A stretch of DNA of 64,000 bases from an uncultured Bacteroidales bacterium. GTDB lineage: Bacteria > Bacteroidota > Bacteroidia > Bacteroidales > B18-G4. Positions within the stretch are counted from its first letter, which is position 1; every line of letters starts with the position of its first letter. Location: NCBI GenBank assembly GCA_964404735.1, contig CAYOLA010000067.1, positions 8,619 through 72,618 of the forward strand. The letters run 5' to 3'. The translations under genes and the position numbers were made by a program. Under the pieces are notes generated by a model that had not been told where the DNA came from, did no database searches, and worked only from the letters and a program-made list of their open reading frames with translations. Below, one piece after another: positions 56,136 to 64,000 of the stretch.

Positions 56136-57884
56136 TCAGAATCTGGCGGTCATGCCAAAATGAACTTTTGCAGTCTTAAACTGCAGGGTTTGTCCGTATC
56201 CGCTGCCAAGGGCATAACTCAGGTTAAAGATGCCTGCCCGGGTTTCGAAACTAACACCGGCGCCAAGGCCATAGGGAGTATCATCCATGTATCCCGAATA
56301 TAAGTTCCGTTCATAAAACGCCCCGTCGAAGAACAATTGAAAGAAGGAGTTTCTGTCGAACAGGAAACGGAATTCAAAGGTGATAATGCTATAGAGCGAA
56401 GCGGTGATTGCTTCCTCATCAAAACCTCTCAGGCTTTTTAGTCCGCCGATACGGAAGAGCTCATTACTGAAAAGATTCTTGTTTTCCAGGTATCCGCTTT
56501 TATTGCCGATCATGAACGTTGTCTTCATGAACAGGGGGATGAAAAGCTGCGCATTCAGCCTGAGCTTATAAATGTTGCTGCTGAGGGGAATGCCTTCGTA
56601 CAACTCTTGTTTGATATCATCATTTTTCCTGATCTTCCTGTTGCCGGTAGAGCCGCTGAAATCCATCCTGTAGCCCCTGCGCGGGTTAAAACGGTAATCC
56701 AGCCTGCTGTAATTAAGCTGTAATCCGTACATATTTGATGTAACATCGGCATATTCAGGAAGCGTACTTACTGATTCAAGCCCCTCGCTGCTCAAAAGGT
56801 TCGAACGCTGATTTTCGTAAAAGGCCATCACATGGTTGTTGCCGTTGAACAATACCTGTATACCCAAATTATTGGACAGGGTAAGGTAAGAAGTATCTTT
56901 TTTGAATAACTGCAGTTTGTAGTCGAACCCAAATGGTGTGGAGAAAAGGAAAGGGTAATTCAGGTGGATATTCAGGTCCTGGCTTTGGGCTTCAAGTTTT
57001 CGCCAGTTAAAATCGATGAGTTCGCCACGGTTCAAAGCATTTAGAAGTTTCAGTTTTACATCGCCCGTCAGGAGCAATCCTCCGCTGGTAGTCTCATTCG
57101 GGGCAATCCCGATAATACCGTCGAACTGGCTTGCACGCTGCTTGTCAAGGTAAAGAATAATCTTTGCCTTATCATCCATAAAGGCCACTTCGGGCAGGCG
57201 TATCATTTGCAAATACGGCAATTCGCCCAATCGCCTCTCCATCTTCATGATTCGTGCCTCATTGTATAAATCACCTGCTTTTATCCTGAGGTAATTGGTA
57301 ATGAATTTAATATGCAGATTCGAGCTTCCTTTTACCATGAGGGTGTCAATGGTAACCTGATGGTGGATATCAAGTTTCAGGCTTGCCGAAATACTATTGT
57401 CCGGTTCAATGCGGATGCTGTCGAGTTGCACACTGGCAAAGGGGTAACCATTGTTTTCACAGTATCGGAGAATGCTTTCAGCAAGCCTGGTAATATCCTT
57501 CCCATTGAAAGGCTTACCGCTGTAAAATCGTTCTTTGTAGCCACTTTGGGCAAGTATGTTGCGGTTGGCATTGCCGGGCCTGATCATGGAAAGCGTATAG
57601 GTATCGCCTGTGTAAAGCCATGCTGTTAGTGCGAGGGAGTCTTCTTTCAAAGAATCTATGCTTGCCGTTAAATAACCCTTGCTATAGAAATACTGCAAAA
57701 CCTTGTTCAGTTCCTTGTGCGCGTTTACCGGGCCGGCAGGCCTGGCATTATAGTTCAGTCGCTTCATGTTTTGCATGGAATTGCTGTCGGCAGGAAGAAT
57801 ACTCAGCGAAAACTGTTGGCTGAAGGTTATCTGCTGCAACAACACCATAAAAGTAAGTGAACATATGAATAATGCTTTGGGCAT
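56136..57884 (-). CDS. Omp85-superfamily protein with POTRA-like N-terminal domains (ShlB/FhaC- or TamA-like)
   Basis: 582 aa with a signal peptide. POTRA-like segments (VKGSSNLHIKFITNYLRIKAGDLYN). Barrel with RIGGLKSLRGFDE and the terminal strand KVHFGMTARF. Confidence 0.65.
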   Translation of the reverse strand: MPKALFICSLTFMVLLQQITFSQQFSLSILPADSNSMQNMKRLNYNARPAGPVNAHKELNKVLQYFYSKGYLTASIDSLKEDSLALTAWLYTGDTYTLSMIRPGNANRNILAQSGYKERFYSGKPFNGKDITRLAESILRYCENNGYPFASVQLDSIRIEPDNSISASLKLDIHHQVTIDTLMVKGSSNLHIKFITNYLRIKAGDLYNEARIMKMERRLGELPYLQMIRLPEVAFMDDKAKIILYLDKQRASQFDGIIGIAPNETTSGGLLLTGDVKLKLLNALNRGELIDFNWRKLEAQSQDLNIHLNYPFLFSTPFGFDYKLQLFKKDTSYLTLSNNLGIQVLFNGNNHVMAFYENQRSNLLSSEGLESVSTLPEYADVTSNMYGLQLNYSRLDYRFNPRRGYRMDFSGSTGNRKIRKNDDIKQELYEGIPLSSNIYKLRLNAQLFIPLFMKTTFMIGNKSGYLENKNLFSNELFRIGGLKSLRGFDEEAITASLYSIITFEFRFLFDRNSFFQLFFDGAFYERNLYSGYMDDTPYGLGAGVSFETRAGIFNLSYALGSGYGQTLQFKTAKVHFGMTARF

Positions 57885-57923
57885 CTTTCTTTGCTATTAC
57901 GAATAAACGACAAGCCGGCAGGA

Positions 57924-58610
57924 TTAGTCTATTCTCCAGTCGATTTCGGTTTTGCCTGTTTTAAGTAGTATTTCGTTGGTTTTTGAAAAATGCCTGCAGC
58001 CAAAAAATCCTCTTTGGGCCGACAGGGGAGAGGGGTGTGCAGCTGTCAGCACATGATGCCGTGTGCTGTCGATCAATGCTCTTTTAGCGATAGCGTAGTT
58101 GCCCCATAGCAGAAAAACGAGGCCGGTTTTTTCCTGCGAAAGGATGCGGATTACCGCGTTGGTAAAATCCTCCCATCCTTTGTTCTGATGAGAGCCGGCT
58201 GTATTGGCGCGTACTGTAAGGGTGGCATTGATGAGCAGTACGCCTTGCTTTGCCCACTTTTCAAGGTTACCGTTTTTAGGAATTGGATAGCCCAAATCCT
58301 GACTGATCTCTTTAAAGATATTTATCAGCGAGGGCGGTTTCGCAACCCTTTCCGGAACCGAAAAACAGAGGCCGTGTGCCTGTCCCGGGCCGTGATAGGG
58401 GTCCTGTCCGATGATTACCACCTTAACCGCTTCAAAAGGCGTATGGTCAAACGCGGCAAAGATCATGGATCCGGGCGGGTAAACTTTATAGTGCTGCTTT
58501 TCAGCTATCAGGAAACTTTTCAGTTTAAGGAAATAGGGCGACTGGAATTCACTGGCCAAATGGTTTTTCCAGCTTTCTGCAATTATTGGATTTACAGGTG
58601 TATCACTCAT
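57924..58610 (-). CDS. ung: Uracil-DNA glycosylase (family 1)
   Basis: VVIIGQDPYHGPGQAHGLCFS, LLWGNYA, HPSPLSA. Confidence 0.93.
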   Translation of the reverse strand: MSDTPVNPIIAESWKNHLASEFQSPYFLKLKSFLIAEKQHYKVYPPGSMIFAAFDHTPFEAVKVVIIGQDPYHGPGQAHGLCFSVPERVAKPPSLINIFKEISQDLGYPIPKNGNLEKWAKQGVLLINATLTVRANTAGSHQNKGWEDFTNAVIRILSQEKTGLVFLLWGNYAIAKRALIDSTRHHVLTAAHPSPLSAQRGFFGCRHFSKTNEILLKTGKTEIDWRID

Positions 58611-58830
58611 TTTTTTGTCATTATTTAAAGCCGGTTGTTAATTGATGTTAAAACACGCGCGCTGCAATAACTCTGAAATTCCAGGAAGCCGGCTTTCATA
58701 TCTGCCGGCTTTCTGCCAAAGCCCGTCTGCAGGCCGGGTTTGTTAAGAAATAAACTGACATCGTTACCATACATTTATTTTGCATAAACAACATTATTTC
58801 ATTTTTTTTGTTATTATTACGAAATGCAGT

Positions 58831-58838
58831 TATATTTG
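58831..58838 (+). promoter_or_regulatory. -7 box TATATTTG with -33 TTTG upstream of a small lipoprotein ORF
   Basis: TTTG (58807-58810), then 20 nt, then TATATTTG, then 27 nt, then ATG 58866. Confidence 0.55.
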
Positions 58839-58865
58839 TGACCTTAACGATTGAAATTCAAAAGC

Positions 58866-59006
58866 ATGTTTAAAAATATTAAAAAAATTGCGATAATTGC
58901 TTCTGCGGTAGTATTATTTGCAATACTGGCTTCTTCCTGCCAAACAAATGAACGTTGCGCTGCTTACGGTGAATCATATAAATACCAGCGGGAACAAAAT
59001 TACTGA
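58866..59006 (+). CDS. Small putative lipoprotein (46 aa), below the ORF-track cutoff
   Basis: Hand translation: MFKNIKKIAIIASAVVLFAILASSCQTNERCAAYGESYKYQREQNY. It has a signal peptide with lipobox LASSC and is preceded by a good promoter match. Confidence 0.45.
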   Translation: MFKNIKKIAIIASAVVLFAILASSCQTNERCAAYGESYKYQREQNY

Positions 59007-59063
59007 TCTCCTGCTGATCTATTGGTATACCGGTGCCGGCAGCAAATTAAAGCCTGATCGTCC

Positions 59064-59864
59064 ATGACATCATCGGTAAAAAACATACTTCTTTTTACCC
59101 TCCTCATTATGGCGGGTTTTTTTGTTTATGGACAGGAACAAACCGCCGGGCCTATAAAAAAAGAAAAGGATCATCAGGCAATTTATGATTCAATTTCGGA
59201 AAGGGTATTGCTCAGAAGTGAGTTTGCGGGCGGGCTGTTATTACATTCGCGCGGATGGGGTCTTCATTTCAGGAAAGGCAGAAATATCAGTTTTTTTAAG
59301 TCTCTGCATTGGGAAGTTGATGCAGTTAGTATGAAATCGCCCAAGCAGATCAAAACGATCAATCCTTATTTTACGAACTCAAAAAGTTACGTTTATGGCA
59401 AATTGAACTACATGTATGTAGTTCGTGCCGGTCTGGGCTATAAACGGCTGCTTAACCGTAAGCCATACTGGGGCGGTGTTGAGTTGAGGTTTTCGTATTT
59501 CGGGGGTTTCTCCCTGGCACTGGCTAAGCCCGTGTATTTGTATATTATGAATTATTCTGTGGAAACGGATGATTTTACCATTGATATTGAAAAATATAAT
59601 TCAACGATTCACGGGCTTGACAATATTTATGGCAGGGCACCTTTTACCCACGGCATCGGGAATACGACACTGCATCCGGGTCTATACCTGAAGACCGGGT
59701 TGAACTTTGAGTTTGGTGAATACAATACTTCTGTAAAAGCGGTGGAGGTAGGTGCCATCCTCGATTATTACCCCATACCGGTTGCCATTATGGCCTACGA
59801 ACCCAAACAATCATTTTTCCTTACATTTTATCTGGGGTTCAGCATTGGGAAAAGATATGATTAA
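59064..59864 (+). CDS. Hypothetical secreted/outer-membrane protein
   Basis: Signal peptide (LLFTLLIMAGFFVYGQ) and a beta-strand-rich body with aromatic alternation. No motif I recognise. Confidence 0.5.
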   Translation: MTSSVKNILLFTLLIMAGFFVYGQEQTAGPIKKEKDHQAIYDSISERVLLRSEFAGGLLLHSRGWGLHFRKGRNISFFKSLHWEVDAVSMKSPKQIKTINPYFTNSKSYVYGKLNYMYVVRAGLGYKRLLNRKPYWGGVELRFSYFGGFSLALAKPVYLYIMNYSVETDDFTIDIEKYNSTIHGLDNIYGRAPFTHGIGNTTLHPGLYLKTGLNFEFGEYNTSVKAVEVGAILDYYPIPVAIMAYEPKQSFFLTFYLGFSIGKRYD

Positions 59865-59898
59865 AAAAAAAGGCCGCTTTGAAGCGGCCCTTTTTTTT
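59863..59898. terminator. Bidirectional rho-independent terminator between convergent genes
   Basis: A9 run, GGCCGC-tttgaa-GCGGCC, then C and a T8 run. The T-run overlaps the stop codon of the minus-strand gene. Confidence 0.8.
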
Positions 59899-61399
59899 AT
59901 CTGTGAATCGTTATCTTTTGTGAATAAGTTTGTGTTCCGTTTGTTAACCTCAGGATATAAATCCCATTGGCCAGCTTGCCCAGATCGAATGAATGCATGG
60001 TGTTACCCTGGATAACACTGATCTCTTCCGATACATGGATCTGTCCGAGAAGGTCCATCACATGCAACTTAATTGAAGTATGGCCTGTTTCCCGAATGTC
60101 GACATGCAGTATACCGCTTGTGGGGTTGGGAAAGATGCTGATGTTACCGGCATCGAAGGCCGTTTCGCCAATCCCGATCTCTTCTTCGGTGGTGAATGAC
60201 CAGACATTGCTCCATTGCGTTGTGTCGAGGGCGTGTATTGCACGGCACCTCCAGTAATAGGTGGTGCCTTTTTCAAGGATGAAGACCACCTGGAAGAAAT
60301 TTTCGCTTCCTTGAATTGTGTCGTCGCAGCAGGGGTTGGTAAATACCGGTGAGGTGTTATATTGTACATGGAAATAATCGACTCCCGTTACCGGAGCCCA
60401 TTCCAGGCGCGGGTTGATCGGTACGCCTGTGGCTTCATTTGCTGGTGATGTCTGGTTAACCGTGTTGATAACAGTAAAATTCCTTACTTCAGACCAAACG
60501 GAGGTGTCATTGGCATGATTGGCCCTTACACGCCAGAAATACTGATTGCCAAAGTGCAGGTATCCGTCAGTGGTATATGACAATTCTTCAATGATCATTG
60601 AGGTGGCGCCGGTAAATCCGTCATTGTCGGCAATTTGTATTGTATAGTTAATGACACCCGGGATCGTTTTCCACGTTAAATCATTCTTCAGACCCAGGTC
60701 AACTGAATTATTGTTGGGTTTGTCGAGTGTAACGGTTTCAAGAACAGTAAATGTCCTGACCTCCGACCATTCACTGACACCGGCAGCATGTCCGGCCCTG
60801 GCCCTCCAGTGATACTCCTCTCCAAAGAGCAGGAAACTGGCATTGACCTCATAGAACGAATTTGTTTTATGGAAGAGCGCCGGGCTGTCGAAATTAGTGG
60901 ATGTATCTGCTTCAAATTCGAAATAGTCAACGCCGGTAATGATGACAGGGCCGATCCTGTCTCTGCATGCAAGCAGAACGTTTGGATTTTGATTGGTGGC
61001 ATTATTGTTGGGCTTGTTCAATGCCGGTGCATCGAAGACCGTGAATGAGAAAATCTCCGACCAATCTGAAATATCACTGCCTTCAATGGCCCTGACCCTC
61101 CAGAAATATTCCTGGTCAAAAATCAGATCTTCCATCTGGATCCCTGTGAACTCGGTCAGGTCAAAAACAACCGGTGTATCGAAGGCATCGGTCAGGTCAA
61201 GTTGTAGTTCGTATTGTACAATACCACCGGTGCCTGCAACAGCTCCCCAGTTAAGGATAACGTCAGGCATCTGTCCGCTGGCACCATTCGATGGTTCCTG
61301 TGGATTGGGAGGATAGACCCTGTCCTGGGCAGATAAACCGGTGATGGCGATCACCATGATTATAAGCAGTGTGGATAACAAATTTTTCATCTTGTTCAT
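59897..61399 (-). CDS. T9SS cargo with four tandem ~95-aa FN3-like repeats
   Basis: Signal peptide. Four repeats each end with Y(F/H/Y)WR(V/A/C)RA...(S/T)xWS...F(T/S)(V/T). T9SS CTD (IFPNPTSGILHVD...GIYILRLTNGTQTYSQKITIHR). Confidence 0.75.
   Translation of the reverse strand: MNKMKNLLSTLLIIMVIAITGLSAQDRVYPPNPQEPSNGASGQMPDVILNWGAVAGTGGIVQYELQLDLTDAFDTPVVFDLTEFTGIQMEDLIFDQEYFWRVRAIEGSDISDWSEIFSFTVFDAPALNKPNNNATNQNPNVLLACRDRIGPVIITGVDYFEFEADTSTNFDSPALFHKTNSFYEVNASFLLFGEEYHWRARAGHAAGVSEWSEVRTFTVLETVTLDKPNNNSVDLGLKNDLTWKTIPGVINYTIQIADNDGFTGATSMIIEELSYTTDGYLHFGNQYFWRVRANHANDTSVWSEVRNFTVINTVNQTSPANEATGVPINPRLEWAPVTGVDYFHVQYNTSPVFTNPCCDDTIQGSENFFQVVFILEKGTTYYWRCRAIHALDTTQWSNVWSFTTEEEIGIGETAFDAGNISIFPNPTSGILHVDIRETGHTSIKLHVMDLLGQIHVSEEISVIQGNTMHSFDLGKLANGIYILRLTNGTQTYSQKITIHR
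60188..61318 (-). repeat. Four tandem protein-level repeats (residues ~28-121, 122-219, 220-310, 311-404)
   Basis: Recurring motifs are EYFWRVRA..SDWSEIFSFTV, EYHWRARA..SEWSEVRTFTV, QYFWRVRA..SVWSEVRNFTV and TYYWRCRA..TQWSNVWSFTT. Confidence 0.8.
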
Positions 61400-61439
61400 T
61401 TTTATAATGCGTTTTTTTTATATATCTGACCTCATCATG

Positions 61440-64000
61440 TTATTTTACAACAATGAACTTCCCTGTTTCAATCCGCTTGCCGGTATTGATGCTGACCACA
61501 TAGCTTCCACGCGGCAGACTTCCGCAATCGAGCCTGTATTGGTTGTGGCCGGGCGCCTGTTGCTGCAGTTGTTCGCTGATCAGCATCCTGCCGTTCAGGT
61601 CGAACACGGCAATTAACACATTTGATCTTTCATCAAGTGTGTATTCCACGGTTGCATTTTGACTTACCGGATTGGGATAGATCTTGAGGGATGAAGCGTT
61701 GAGTTCCGGATCGGGATTGAATATGCCAACGGGTTTCTGGTATTTTTGATTATAGAACAAACCCCTGCCATAGGTGGCAGCATAGATCACGCCATAGTTT
61801 TCAGTGCCCGGATAAGTCATGGTAATAGTATCCAGGCCGTTCCAGAGTTTTATCACTACCTCTTCTTTTGCGATCAGTTGCTGTTTCAGTTTGAATACCT
61901 GTACATCGCCGATGTTATTCTCTATAGCAGCCCAGGTGGGACTTCCGCTATTGATATTTTCAGAGATATAGAGGCCCATGTCGGTACCAATCATAACTGT
62001 GTTGGAATTGCTCATCTCGATCAGTGATGAAAATACCGGCATTTTCGGGAGGTTGGATTGTACGGAAGTAAACACAGGCTCCGCATCAAGCGCATTGTTT
62101 GACCGGAAAATATAATGATCGTTGCCGTAATTGCCCATGGTGACGATCACATGGGCGGGATTTTGCGGGTCAACGGACACCGAAGTTACAACCTGGGTGT
62201 TTTGCGCCTGCGTGGCAGGATCGATCAGCGGGATGATCGAGGTTGCAATGATACAGTAAGGACTGTTCACATCGGCGCGGTCGTAATCATAGGCATATTT
62301 TATGTTGGCGATCCTGTAAAGTAAGCCTTCCCTGGTTCCGATAAAGAGATAGTTTGCATCGGCCGACATTCCCATTGAGATGGGCGTTCCTTCGAAACCT
62401 GATTTAACCTTGCTGGCAATATTGTACCAGACCGGCTCGCTTGCGAAATCAAGCAGGTCGGTCGACAGGTAAACATTATCGTTTGTGGCCAGGAAGAACC
62501 TGGATGAAATAATGTCTTTTACCCTGAGCGTATCACCGGGATTAAGGGTAACCGGCAGGGTGTATTCGAAGGGATAGTCCCTGTTCTTACTGTGAACCAT
62601 CACCTTGGTGCCCGAAGGAAGATCTTTATTTGCAACGAAGTCAACAGAGTCCCTGCTGTATTCGTTTTCAAAGTCTTCCCAGTAAAGGCATGGTGTGATA
62701 AATGCCGTGGCCGGAACCTGGACGGCTGCAGGGAGGAAGGTATTGGAAAAGTTTAGGCCTTCATCTTCCGATCTTCTGAAGAATTCGCCGGGGGTACGGG
62801 TATAGAAGAAGACCAATGGGTCGATGGCTGAAATGAAACATTCTCCGCCATTGCCTCCGCTGTGGAAGTATCCTGACCATATCTGCGTACCGTATTTGGC
62901 TGTTGCGGGATTGCTATGGCCGTTTATGAATTGGGTGCCTGCGCCTTGTGTGCCTCCTGCAACTTTTTTGATCTTGCCGCTGAAGGCGACGGTAGAAAAT
63001 TGGGAGGTATTATAAGTTTTGTTGCGCAGCACATAGGTGTTGAAGTCGGGGTTGATATAGGCCTGTGAGATACCCCCGTCGTGACCAATGAAGAACTGGT
63101 TTGAACTTCCCGGTCTGAAGACGTAGGTGTGATGGTTTTGTTGCACATATTGCGGGAAGAATTCGGGCGGAAGGGTTCCATCCGACTTTCGTGTCCATTC
63201 AAAGAAACCTGTTTCGCTGATCTTGTTGCCTTCCCAGAGGTTGATGCCTCCCAGCAATATGCGGTCAGGGTTGTCAGTGAATACGGCCAGCGTATTGTTG
63301 TAAAGACCCCGGCCCTGACCAACGTTGTTGTCGGGGGAGAAAAAGTTAAGGTTAACACTTCCGCCCGGGGCAATGATCCTCCAGTTAATACCGCGGTCAT
63401 CCGACCTGTAAACGTTTATTAGCCCGCCCAGGTTGTTAACAGCCGTGGCATAAAGGATGTCGGGGTTGGAAGGGGCGATGGCGAATTCAACGCGTCCAAC
63501 ATTTTGGTAGGGAAGGTTGAAAGTGTCATAGGCGTGAAGAACGAACTGATTGGGCTGACCGATATCGGAAATATAGGCCAGTCCGTTAACACAAGCTGCC
63601 GTTATTCCGTCTGAACCAGTCTTTACGTCGTAGGAATTCCCTGCAAGGAATGCCGTGTCCCCGACTTTTGCCATGTTCCAGCTGACCCCTTCATCGGACG
63701 AATACCAGAGGCCTTTGTTGGTGGCGGCGTAAACCACGTTGCTGACGGGATTTACAGCAAGGCGGTTGACATAGGCAAAGTTGACGGTGTCATTGTTGGT
63801 TGCCGGGGCGGTTGCACCCAAAAGGCTGAAGCTTTCACCATCGGTTGATTTATAAATACCCGACCCGACAAAGGCTCCTTTATAATTCAGGTCCTGAAAA
63901 AGGGAATAATCCTGGATTGTAAAGCCTTCGCCTGTACCTGCATAAAGGGTTCCGTCCGGAGCCTGTGCAAGGCATGAGACATTCAGGTTGGTTTTATTCC
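61440..64000 (-). CDS. T9SS cargo, large Asp-box (BNR)/sortilin-like beta-propeller protein (5' end beyond the window)
   Basis: Asp-box-like motifs YSSDEGVSW and YRSDDRGINW. T9SS CTD (IYPNPVSQNATVEY...GSYVVSINTGKRIETGKFIVVK). I translated 63822-64000 by hand: the frame stays open to the window edge (...YKSTDGESFSLLGATAP...). The track start at 63821 is therefore only an internal TTG. Confidence 0.75.
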   Translation of the reverse strand, partial: NKTNLNVSCLAQAPDGTLYAGTGEGFTIQDYSLFQDLNYKGAFVGSGIYKSTDGESFSLLGATAPATNNDTVNFAYVNRLAVNPVSNVVYAATNKGLWYSSDEGVSWNMAKVGDTAFLAGNSYDVKTGSDGITAACVNGLAYISDIGQPNQFVLHAYDTFNLPYQNVGRVEFAIAPSNPDILYATAVNNLGGLINVYRSDDRGINWRIIAPGGSVNLNFFSPDNNVGQGRGLYNNTLAVFTDNPDRILLGGINLWEGNKISETGFFEWTRKSDGTLPPEFFPQYVQQNHHTYVFRPGSSNQFFIGHDGGISQAYINPDFNTYVLRNKTYNTSQFSTVAFSGKIKKVAGGTQGAGTQFINGHSNPATAKYGTQIWSGYFHSGGNGGECFISAIDPLVFFYTRTPGEFFRRSEDEGLNFSNTFLPAAVQVPATAFITPCLYWEDFENEYSRDSVDFVANKDLPSGTKVMVHSKNRDYPFEYTLPVTLNPGDTLRVKDIISSRFFLATNDNVYLSTDLLDFASEPVWYNIASKVKSGFEGTPISMGMSADANYLFIGTREGLLYRIANIKYAYDYDRADVNSPYCIIATSIIPLIDPATQAQNTQVVTSVSVDPQNPAHVIVTMGNYGNDHYIFRSNNALDAEPVFTSVQSNLPKMPVFSSLIEMSNSNTVMIGTDMGLYISENINSGSPTWAAIENNIGDVQVFKLKQQLIAKEEVVIKLWNGLDTITMTYPGTENYGVIYAATYGRGLFYNQKYQKPVGIFNPDPELNASSLKIYPNPVSQNATVEYTLDERSNVLIAVFDLNGRMLISEQLQQQAPGHNQYRLDCGSLPRGSYVVSINTGKRIETGKFIVVK

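Noticed and set aside
1-64000. Search for CRISPR arrays, IS elements, integrases, invertible promoters, toxin-antitoxin or defence-system genes
   Set aside because: Reading the ORFs and intergenic regions revealed no direct-repeat/spacer arrays, no recombinase or transposase-like ORFs, and no long terminal inverted repeats. The only repeats found are the protein-level domain repeats listed above.

Overview
This 64-kb chromosomal segment looks like Bacteroidota. Seven proteins end in the type-A T9SS C-terminal sorting domain, many intergenic regions carry exact TAnnTTTG -7 boxes, SecDF is fused, and there is a uppS-bamA-ompH-ompH block. I call about 51 tightly packed protein genes and one tRNA-Gln(UUG). 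I found no rRNA, CRISPR array, transposase, integrase or phage genes. Most of the window is ordinary housekeeping: rimP, lgt, dprA, rsgA, nadK, uppS, bamA, htpG, ilvE, pyrF, prfA, purM, tatA, secDF, hldD, rluD, ddl, rdgB and ung. The accessory content is mostly cell-surface: T9SS cargo (a lipase-like hydrolase, two tandem lysyl-endopeptidase-like proteases, Asp-box propellers, a 4-repeat protein, a 717-aa unknown), three Omp85-family barrels, and a FadL/SGNH pair. Four items deserve a second look. (1) An orphan three-gene ferredoxin/NrfD-like/cytochrome c module (17098-20369) resembles a stripped-down alternative complex III and has two Cys-deficient cluster motifs. (2) A minus-strand trio (25225-29684) encodes a chimeric fibre-like protein, a small beta-barrel and a T9SS lipase-like enzyme. 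(3) An OmpA-family protein carries a C-terminal extension that looks like a degenerate retropepsin fold (34178-34648). (4) A 717-aa T9SS cargo of unknown function sits inside a PASTA-rluD operon. All family assignments come from motifs recognised by eye in the supplied translations. No similarity search was possible, and I cannot show that any of these is truly undescribed. The window may simply be a core region with scattered surface-protein genes.
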